From NCBI RefSeq assembly GCF_964204645.1, contig NC_134031.1:19537910-19601909 (forward strand): 64,000 nucleotides of DNA, read 5' to 3'. Source of the stretch: Tubulanus polymorphus (taxonomy: Eukaryota; Animalia; Nemertea). Below the pieces are notes generated by a model. That model ran no database searches. It was given only the letters and a program-made list of their open reading frames with translations, and had not been told where the DNA came from. Positions 1 to 11,030 of the stretch are shown piece after piece (position 1 is the stretch's first letter; every line of letters begins with the position of its first letter). Position numbers and translations under genes: made by a program.

Positions 1-10
1 GATGTATGTC

Positions 11-80
11 AAAGCTCGCGACTCGCAGGTCGGCCTTTTCGCTATAATATCCGAAGCTCACGACTCGCAGATCGGTCCTT
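11..80. repeat. Two imperfect ~42-bp-period tandem units (aagctcRcgactcgcagRtcggYc)
   Basis: aaagctcgcgactcgcaggtcggcc at 11 and gaagctcacgactcgcagatcggtcc at 53; the array may extend upstream of the window. Confidence 0.6.
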
Positions 81-451
81 GTCGGTTTCAGAACTTATTC
101 AGCGTATCTCTAACTCCGACTCTAACCCTGTTCTGTTCTGATCTGAACTCCACTATCTCAAAAATGTTTATTAGATTATTATTAGAGTATTCAGAACTAT
201 GATGATATTTATCATAATCATTATCATTATTACCATTATCATTATTATCATTATAATATTTGACCTTAGATGAGTTTTTTTAAAAAGGTATGCCATTGCT
301 GTTTGAATATATCTTTCTCCAAAGTTGGTAATTACTAAATCAATAGTGTCTATATTCAAACCATCTCAAACTGCTTGGATATGTTATTATACTGATAAAG
401 ATGTACATTTTGACATTGAAACTATAGTGCAAAATCATTATTTTTTAACAG

Positions 452-2483
<2,032 letters not shown>

Positions 2484-3163
2484 ACTGAACTACAATTAAA
2501 GTCTCAATTTCATACATAATCAAGCCCAATGCGGCACCTAATGGCATACATTGTATTGTACTGAGGAAATCATGAATTGTTCATTTGGATTTAAGTACGT
2601 CAATAAAGTTTTATGTATGTTATGGATCTTAATAAAAACACGCAATTTGTCTTACATTCGTTTTTTGATGGCATAACCAGATAGTAGACGTTCTTAACCA
2701 GGTAGACATTCTTGTTTTAAACAACTGAGAAAGCCGTTTTTCTGTTCCGTATTTGGATTTCATGTTGTGAGTGCTAGACATAAGAAGCTGGATTTTCACG
2801 ACGGAAATGCGGAAATTCTAGGGTGGATTGATTTCTCATGTGGATCGCAACAATGTACAAGAATATCGTAGAACTTTAAGGGTTGTCGACGGTATTATTT
2901 TGCCATCCACAATCCACTTGAACCCTTACAAACTTAGTTAGATCGAATGATATTGAGGCATGAACCTTACAAAATACAAAAATAACATTTCCACGAGAAT
3001 ACAATCAGACGACACTAATTCATACAGAGTCATCACGAACAACAAAGATAACCAAGTCTTATAAAATGACTTGGTTATTCTAACAGATTGGGACAAAACT
3101 CGGTAGATAATTCCACCCTGACATTGTGTTGTATTACATTGTGATAAGAAACGACACGGAAAC

Positions 3164-3491
3164 CATCCTCCCCTGGTAGGTATTCGAACCTGATGGCATC
3201 GCTACACTCAACCGCGGCACGAACCCCTGCCACAGTAGACTGGGTGCGCAGGTACATGCGCAGCTTTGCCGCGCCAAAACTTGCGGCACCAATCAGATTG
3301 CTCATTGTATAATCGCCGAGGTAAAGAACTATTAATGGGGAAACCCGGACTAAAATGAAATGGGATATCTGATTGGCTAAATGACATCATCTCAGCTGCG
3401 CGTGTAGCTGCGCGCTCGGTCTAGTATAGCAGGGTTTCCTACCGTGGCAATCTCGATGCCATCAGGTTCGAATCGCTGTCGGGGGAGGAAG
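3164..3491. mobile_element. MITE with CATCC termini and 9-bp TSD (Mutator/MULE-type), copy 1
   Basis: TIR catcctcccctggtaggtattcgaacctgatggcatcg / cgatgccatcaggttcgaatcgctgtcgggggaggaag; TSD cacggaaac (3155-3163) / cacggatac (3492-3500); homologous to 8771-9021. Confidence 0.85.
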
Positions 3492-4307
3492 CACGGATAC
3501 CGATACACCATGAAAGTAGGCGATGAATAACACATCTAATCGTTAGAATCCGATGCTGTCAATGAATCAGCCGTGTGGCAAACGCGGAAGTAAATTTCCG
3601 CATTTTGAACCCACATTTTTGCCAGATTTCTTGATGCATCTATAGTGGCTGTTTCGCGCCATACTGAAAAATCTTTCGGAAATATTTCTGAAGTTTTGAA
3701 TTCTTGCGCGAGAAAACGGGCCAATATCATATGAACATTTTTTCATTGTTCCACTAGCTGCACAGAAACATTTTTAGTGTGGCCCGAATCAGGTACCACA
3801 CGCATCAGCGCCCTGTGTATGGAACATTTTAGATCGCTCACAACGACAAACGTTTGAAAAATTTTTTTTCTGTGCATGAGTTCTATTCTGTCATTTCGTA
3901 CTTTTGATTCTCAGACGGTTTGTTAATTGTATAGTTCTCTTTCCCCGACAGTCTGACTCTGGATAAGCATCTATTAATGCACACATCGTCGTGGTTCGTC
4001 AGTATCCCTCCAGATGGAACTAATGGTTTGAAGTGATTCATATACTGCGTCTACAGAATGCATCGATCTTGTGTTCAGTGCAGCATTTTGTGCAGACTAC
4101 ACAGCTGGAGTAGGCAGGTATTTCTACATAGGAAATCATCATTCATCCAACAGTAAGTCTTTATTTTTGTACACATTCATTCGCGCTGTTTTTCATAATT
4201 ATCCGTATAATATCATAATGTGTCAGAGCTCCTAAGAAGTCTCGTCATGATAAAGCGTATCCTGAGCATATGATATGCATGTGTATTATGCACATGAATA
4301 ATCAAAG

Positions 4308-4524
4308 TCCGTGCCGAGCTTTTTTTAAGAGGGACAGTTTTATTTCAAGACAAGTTGCACTACCATGCACTTTCCATTGAAAAAGGACAGATCGTATGAT
4401 TTTTTCAATAAACTTAAACTTAAACAAAAATCTTGACCCGAATTTTTGAAACTGACTTTTTGAAGGGCACTTTCAGTTTAGGGGGTTCGTTCGATACCCC
4501 CGAGCTCCCCCTCGGGCGGTCCTG
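4308..4524. mobile_element. Degenerate GC-ended (hAT-like) MITE in the presumed 5'UTR intron of the myosin light chain gene
   Basis: Ends ccgtgccgag... / ...gggggttcgttcgatacccccgagctccccctcgggcggtcctg resemble common invertebrate MITE ends; no TSD resolved. Confidence 0.4.
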
Positions 4525-4595
4525 TAATCATAATATTCGTAAACAATATGTACTTCTTGAATTCAAGGACTTTTCTATCAAACGAAAATAACAAA

Positions 4596-6575
4596 ATGGC
4601 CAGTGTAAAATCTAAGAAGAAACATCGCACTCGCGCTCAGAGATACACGTCGAATGTATTCGCTATGTTCAATCAAGCTCAGATACAGGAATTTAAGGTA
4701 AGGCTTCACGGGAATGAGACGGGGTGAGATCATAGCTTCCTGGAATCTATTGCCAATGAACCTCTCATTTTGCTACTGGTACTCTAAGAACAAACTGTAA
4801 CGTTGGTATAGAGAGAATCCTACAATGATAATGTCGAAATACAAAGTCCGAAAATGTTTTCTTTGAGCTAGTACTTTATTCGACGTTTCGACCAGGAATT
4901 ACTGTATTCCATGAGCTAGTATAGTTTATTCGACGTTTTGACTATATCCTAATAGTCATCTTCAGGAATACTGTATTCCTTGAGCTAGTATAGTTTATTC
5001 GACGTTTTGACTATATTCTAATAGTCATCTTCAGGAATACTGTATTCCTTGAGCTAGTATAGTTTATTCGACGTTTTGACTATATTCTAATAGTCATCTT
5101 CAGGAATACTGTATTCCTTGAGCTAGTATAGTTTATTCGACGTTTTGACTATATTCTAATAGTCATCTTCAGGAATACTGTATTCCTTGAGCTAGTATAG
5201 TTTATTCGACGTTTTGACTATATTCTAATAGTCATCTTCAGAAATATTAGAACGTACATGTAGTACGAAACGTTGAATAAATGTTGTTATTATTGTGGGA
5301 TTTTATTATCGTCACCACACGTATATAGTGTTTTATCAATGCTTAACTAACGTGACGGGCATCGAAGATTCGCCAGCTCAGAAGCAACAAACTCTGCCAC
5401 CTATCTGCGCTAACGAACTTAATCGGTACCTCTACGATCGGTTTTACGATCGGATATTTTCACAAATCATCGTTGCTATCCTTACGATTATACGTAAAAG
5501 CTTTCGTACCACCAACGCCATTCTGCGCATGAAAATCCCCCAATCGCTAAATTAAGATGTTTATATAGCAATGTTACGATTTTCTCTAAACGACGGCGTG
5601 TGTAGGAGTCTTTCAACATGATCGACCAGAATCGAGACGGTTTCATCGACAAGGATGACCTCTTAGAAATGATGACGTCACTTGGCAAGAATCCGACAGA
5701 TGAGTTTTTGGAGCGGATGATCAACGAAGCACCGGGTCCGCTGAATTTCACCATGTTTCTGACGTTATTCGGCGAGAAGTTGAACGGCACCGACCCGGAG
5801 GATGTCATTCGTAACGCGTTCGCTTGTTTCGATCCGGAAGGAACCGGTAGGTTGTTATACAGTCGTTTTTTTCATGTACGTGGAACGAGAAGTTTGAAAA
5901 TGAAGAGTTTGAAAAACTCTGAATGAAGTTTTCGTACCGCTTTCCTCATATGGCTCTCTGGGTGTTGCGTTAATTGTTCATTATTTGTACTTACCCTCGC
6001 TGTCTCGTATTCACTGGATCTTATGACATGTCACTTTATTTTGTAAATAACTAATGCACTACCATCCGGGTGAAGGGTTGGTCTAATACCGGCCACACAC
6101 GGCACAACGATTGTTTCAACAAAAAAGAAAACACGATTTTCACAAAAGGGTTTTGCTACAACGTTTTACCCTCAAACAATAAAACGTTCAATGCACTGGC
6201 ATAACAAGAAAAAAAACATCGTAAACGTTTTTTCGCGAGGAAAAAAAAACGTTTTTTCCTTGCTGTGTGCGTTGGGCTTTAGGGTTCAGTTATTTTTCAA
6301 ATCGAGTGACGCCAACGATAGGACCCAGTCTATAAAACCGAACTTAATTTCACAAACGTAATCTTCTTTCAGGAACTATTTCGGAAGAATATCTTCGCGA
6401 GTTGATGACGACGATGGGAGACCGATGGTCGGACGATCAGGTTGACGAACTATTCGGCGCCGCACCGATCACCAGGGGGCGTTTTGCGTACCTCGATTTT
6501 ACGAGGACCCTTAAACACGGCACTAACGAGATAGACGCAGATGAGAACCGGGGACCAGTTACTTTACCGAAATAG
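4596..6575 (+). CDS. sqh: Myosin II regulatory light chain, non-muscle/smooth-muscle type (sqh/MYL9/MYL12-like), 181 aa
   Basis: Exons 4596-4697, 5606-5846, 6373-6575 with GT-AG. Protein [53 protein letters not shown]...[36 protein letters not shown]...[13 protein letters not shown]...FTRTLKHG. Likely 5'UTR intron 4153-4567; ATTAAA at 6816. The symbol denotes family; it may be a paralog. Confidence 0.95.
4811..5302 (-). mobile_element. Penelope-like pLTR remnant in inverted configuration, with an internal 69-bp tandem array
   Basis: Left arm gagagaatcctacaatgataat..aagtccgaaaatg..tttattcgacgttt and right arm cgaaacgttgaataaa..attgtgggatt match the two arms of the 30259-30564 element. Confidence 0.7.
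4862..5246. repeat. 69-bp minisatellite, ~5.5 copies, each carrying a hammerhead-like motif on the minus strand
   Basis: Unit tgagctagtatagtttattcgacgttttgactatattctaatagtcatcttcaggaatactgtattcct starts at 4912, 4981, 5050, 5119, 5188; a truncated unit starts at 4864. Confidence 0.95.
6089..6281 (-). mobile_element. Harbinger-like MITE in intron 2 of the myosin light chain gene
   Basis: Ends ggccacacacggca / tgctgtgtgcgttgggctttag; reverse complement shares ctaaagccc..cgcacac.gcaa and aacgttttat.gtttgagggtaaaa with 52386-52520. Confidence 0.6.
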
Positions 6576-7576
6576 AATTGAATTGAAGATTAAAAATCTA
6601 TTATGCATTACGCTAATCTGTCAGGTTCCCTGCATTCTATCAAATTGTGTAAACATCGATCCACAGTTTTCGGGTCGAATTTAGGCTGTAAGAATTTTAC
6701 GCAACATGTTTAGCATTACAACTGAAAACTACTTCGCTGCTGACTGAAATATAGAGGAAAATGTATGCTGTATGTTGTGTTCTTTCTTTGATCTACGCGT
6801 ATAAAAGGATAGTTTATTAAAGTTGATTTTGTTTTCGACTTATTTACGACTTATTTGAATTTTTTATTTAACACCGATTCAATCGATCGATGATCACGTG
6901 GTAGGTCGTGTAGATCGACTCGGTTCGATGGAGTTATCGGTAATGTTACTGCAGCAAGCCGAATTCTGATGATAATTTCTCTGTGCCAATGACTGGTGCC
7001 GCATATGAACTCTTAAGACTAACCCGAGTTCAACTAGACGCGTCGTTAATTGCTTTATTTCTGCATTGGAAGACTGAAAATAGAGATCAAGGTCCACCCA
7101 GTCCTGGATGTGGTTGTCTCAAAGATTTTAGTGAATGTTTTTCATTATGTACTAAAAACTATAAACAATGACGGATAAGGTTACACGTTATCGAAAAGAA
7201 ATAAATCGAATCAATTACGCAATTCTGACGATCACACTTCTTTCTTTATAGCGCCAGTCATCGTTCCGGAATTCAAATTAACGGCTGCATTCATGACGAG
7301 CCAATGAAAGAAAAGCATTGTTTCGTTCGCTGATTGAATCTGATTCACCGATTCGAATTCATTAACCAGATCATAAAGTTATTAGTGAAAATCTCCCGAA
7401 TCAAAGGCGGAACAATGCTTAAATCGTTATTGCATTTACAACGGCTTGAATTCCTTTGAGAATATGATACGAGGATTACGTTGGGTTTTACTCGAAAGAA
7501 GCTTACATCCGCGTCATCGAAGTAAAGGGCTCCTTCGCGATCAGATTCTCCTAAAGTTTCGACGCTCGTTTTATCA

Positions 7577-7723
7577 TAGAGATTATGCACATGACGTCAC
7601 AGCGCGCCATATCGGTATCGTATTCTCCGCCAAGCGCGAGCGGCTAATTGAAGTAATGCGGCCATTTGACGGCCAATATTACGCATATGAACAGTATATG
7701 TGACGTATCGGGCATAACCTCTA
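7577..7723. mobile_element. Small MITE with TGACGT-containing TIRs
   Basis: tagagattatgcacatgacgtcaca / tgtgacgtatcgggcataacctcta imperfect inverted ends. Confidence 0.55.
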
Positions 7724-7878
7724 ACCGTCAAATATCTTGGAACACTGCGGTGAGGGAAATTCAACATGTAAGTCTAGATGTAAAGTTTGTTCAGCGAATT
7801 CATTTGTCGAACATTTCGAATGGTATCGTGGGTAAGGTTAAAACCTATTACATGTAGATTTAAAAGAATAAATCGAAA

Positions 7879-7947
7879 TTTATTGATCAAAAACTTACAT
7901 CAAATGAGACGACGTTTCAGACTCTAGAGAAAATCATCGTCAAGTTG
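7879..7947 (-). ncRNA. Degenerate Penelope-type minimal hammerhead motif followed by AATAAA
   Basis: Minus strand: UUGACGA-U-GAUUUU(cucu)AGAGUC-U-GAAAC-GUC, then AATAAA about 25 nt downstream; C3 is changed and stem I is weak. Confidence 0.4.
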
Positions 7948-8046
7948 AAGAAGTGATTAAAAAAAAACATGGAGTGTATATGAGGGGATTGATTGAGTAA
8001 CTTGTTATTAGGTAATTGTCGGTTTACATGAAATTGACGTAATATA

Positions 8047-8168
8047 CCGGGGGCCAGTTGCTCAAAAGTTGGCTAGAGTTAACCAGTGGGTAGTTGGCAT
8101 ATGGCAACTTCATCGATTGTTACAATGGTATTTATTTATCCACCAACTTTTGAGCAACTTGCGCCCTG
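8047..8168. mobile_element. PIF/Harbinger-like MITE (gggccagttgctcaaaa TIR)
   Basis: gggccagttgctcaaaagttgg / ccaacttttgagcaacttgcgccc; related copy at 44509-44651. Confidence 0.75.
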
Positions 8169-8770
8169 TATTGTAGTAGATTTATCGGATTTTATGCATC
8201 TATTTTACCAGCAGCGCAGCTATACCGACAGTTCGTGTTGACGTCATGAACATCAAAGATCAACCCTGCTGATACAACACTTACTATATTCATTAAAAGG
8301 CTGCGCTAGTTTTGCTTTTATGTCAGACCCCATCGGCGTAATAAGCTTACAGCTGCCCGCACAGTGTCGGCGATTTAAGTGCCGCTTAAATAGCCCCGAA
8401 TATCGTCATCTGTAAATGGAATATTGCCGCCTGTGTATACGAACAGGCCGCTAGCAAACGAATCTCGTTAAACATCAAAACATTGCGCTAATAAACGGCT
8501 CCAGTTTTTTATGGCGTATTGATTCCCGGCGCAATGGGCTCCTTTTGGTCACGTGGCGTGGCCACTACTAGTCGAAACGTCATTCATTCGTTTTTACTGG
8601 AAGGTCAAGGTCAGAAGCGCGCTGCAAATGTCGCTCATTCTATAACGAGTATGAGCGATAAATCATAGTTTTCCCGGTTTGGTTGGCGGCGATCGTTTCC
8701 AATGGCCTCGAAACATGAATCCGAATTTATCTAAAAGGGGGCGTCGCGTTGTAACATACACCGGATGGCG

Positions 8771-9021
8771 CATCCACCCCGGATTCGAACCTGATAGCAC
8801 GAACCCCTGCCACCCTGCGCGGAAACTTGCGGCACCAATCAGATTGCTCGTTGTATAATCGCTGAAGCAAATTTCACGGAAGAACTATAAATGGGAAAAC
8901 CCAGGGTGTAATAAAACGGGATTTTTGATTGTATAGCTGCGCACTCGGTCTAGTGTGGCAGGGTCTCGTACCGTGGCGAATCTCGATGTCATCAGGTTCG
9001 AATCCCTGCCGGGGGACGATG
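8771..9021. mobile_element. MITE with CATCC termini and 9-bp TSD, copy 2
   Basis: Perfect TSD cggatggcg (8762-8770 / 9022-9030); internal sequence aligns with 3164-3491 (aaacttgcggcaccaatcagattgctc.ttgtataatcgc). Confidence 0.88.
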
Positions 9022-9590
9022 CGGATGGCGTTGATGTGCAACGCCTTCGTCGTTTCACTTGGAGGATAGCTTTCGATCTAGAATTTGGTCAATCCAACTA
9101 CTACAACTCCAACCCCCTCCCGACCCCCCCCCCCAGAGCGGCCCGTGTGATAAGCATGTAACCCTTCTCAAAATCTATGTAGCTCGTATGACTTAAAGCA
9201 TTGGAAACGGGAGGCCCAGCGAAATTCCAAATATTTATACCCATTGTATAATGCATAGTTCATCATATTACAGTTACCACTGGTTCCATAATGTCTATAT
9301 GTATAAAAAGATTGAATAGAATCATATTAGAATCATATTTAATCAATCGTATTAGTAGCCTACGGTTGATTGGTGGAAGCTTAATTGAAAAAAATCTGGA
9401 CATTTTAGATTCAATTTACTTTGGATACATTAGAACATATGACTTGATACATGGAAAGACACATAATTTCACAATAAATCTTCCGAGCATAAGTCAAAGA
9501 ACAGACATATAACTTGGATATCCAAAGGTATTCTAACGGATTTGGACATAAGAGAAGCCTTATAAACAGATTTTGTACAGCTGATGAAAG

Positions 9591-10646
9591 ATGGCTGCTA
9601 ACATCTCTAGTTTTATAACTACAACGAGTGGTCCAGCAATGCGGCTCAACCGATGTCAGAGGTTTCTTACTCGTCCTACGATGCTTAGTTTTAGATTCGG
9701 TGTGTACATCTACTTGGGCTGCTATCTTCCCGCTTCAGTACTGGGTATAATATTCAACGCATTCACATTGTTAGTTTTAAAACATTTCAAATCTGATGTT
9801 TATTTTCTTATCAAAATTCTTGCTATAAACGATCTGTTGTTTATGATCGCTACGTTCATTCTTTATCCACTCAGAACTGCATACATTTACGCCGTTTTGG
9901 GAGATATCATATTTCGCGTTAACGAATGGAATTTCGGTTGGATTTTCATCTCAGTCGCCTTGCCGCTTTTTTACATATTTCAGATGACTCGTAACTGGTG
10001 CACTGTACTGCTCAGTTTAGAGCGGTTAATCGTCGTATTGTTTCCAATAAAATCTCGTAAAATTCCCAAAAACCTAATCTCACTGAACGTAATGTTGTTC
10101 ATTTCAATGGCTGGTTTTTGTGGACATTTTATTCATTTCTTACCAAAAAACCACCTGGAATTCATGAAATGCCCATACTTTTGGCCGTATATTACATGGC
10201 GTACCAAACGGATACGGTACCGTATTAGAACTGGACTGTGGAATTACGTTATTTCTGAGAAGTATTTTTTCTTTTATCTGACTGTCACGTTTCCACTTTG
10301 CTTCTTGATCTTAATCAATTTAGTTCTTGTTTCTGCGACATTTTACCGTCGGGTTTCTCGACGTTCAGAGCTCGGTGTAACGAATGAATCGTCTAGAAGG
10401 GAAATGAGGGTTTTAAGGATGGTTTTATCGGTAGTTTTGTTGTTTATTATTTGTGAAGGATTGTGTTTCGTGGATCGCCTTGCAGGATTAGGTTACTTCA
10501 GGATATATGCAATCGTTGGTTTTAGACAAATCGCTTTGGCATTTTCTATCATCGATTCTTCAGTAAACTTTATCATTTATTGCTTGACAAATGGTAAATT
10601 TAGAAAGTCGGCCTTCAATGTTTTAAGACAAACTTGTTGTAGATGA
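9591..10646 (+). CDS. Intronless class A (rhodopsin-like) GPCR, FMRFamide/myosuppressin/sex-peptide-receptor-like orphan, 351 aa
   Basis: Seven hydrophobic segments; GIIFN (TM1), LAINDL (TM2), SLERLIVVLFP (E/DRY region), FPL (TM5), DSSVNFIIYC (TM7), F-R helix 8, terminal CC; N-glycosylation site NIS; acceptor-like ttttgtacag just before the ATG. Confidence 0.92.
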   Translation: MAANISSFITTTSGPAMRLNRCQRFLTRPTMLSFRFGVYIYLGCYLPASVLGIIFNAFTLLVLKHFKSDVYFLIKILAINDLLFMIATFILYPLRTAYIYAVLGDIIFRVNEWNFGWIFISVALPLFYIFQMTRNWCTVLLSLERLIVVLFPIKSRKIPKNLISLNVMLFISMAGFCGHFIHFLPKNHLEFMKCPYFWPYITWRTKRIRYRIRTGLWNYVISEKYFFFYLTVTFPLCFLILINLVLVSATFYRRVSRRSELGVTNESSRREMRVLRMVLSVVLLFIICEGLCFVDRLAGLGYFRIYAIVGFRQIALAFSIIDSSVNFIIYCLTNGKFRKSAFNVLRQTCCR

Positions 10647-10680
10647 GATGAGTCTGAGATGAATGGGGCACCCAGAGTGC

Positions 10681-11030
10681 TACTGTGGCAATCAAGGATT
10701 CCAGGTATGGCAGGCGAGGACCCGCGAGGTGTCGACAGTATATATAGTCCTGATGTACGTATAATACCTCTCATTGAGGTGATGAGTGTTGCTTCGATTT
10801 CTTCTAAATTTCAATTAAATCTGAAGTTTCCTCTTAAATGAATCAATCATTTATGAAAACTATACCGATATCCGAGAAGAAGAATGAAATCGTATATTTG
10901 GTGAGTGTTGTGTGTATTATATGCATTCGGGGGTCTAAATGTCAGTTCAAATTTCATTGAAAATGAACTGATTTTGACAACGGACGACCAACCACTCTTC
11001 ACGCCATCTGGTGGGATAGCTGGTTGTACG
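10681..11030 (+). mobile_element. Dispersed ~300-350 bp repeat without TIRs (family B), copy 1
   Basis: Aligns along its length with the reverse complement of 16441-16735; head also at 17700-17766; head and tail at 57096-57376. Confidence 0.8.

Noticed and set aside
4862-5246. CRISPR-like regular repeat
   Set aside because: Units are contiguous and near-identical with no unique spacers; eukaryotic intron; no cas genes.
5847-5926. Read-through tail of ORF 5618-5926
   Set aside because: Intron sequence; light-chain homology resumes at 6373.
8560-8585. gtcgaaacgtc hammerhead-like 3' half
   Set aside because: No CUGANGA or stem II upstream.
8940-9021. Functional tRNA gene
   Set aside because: A B-box is present but no acceptor or anticodon stems could be folded; it lies within a MITE TIR.
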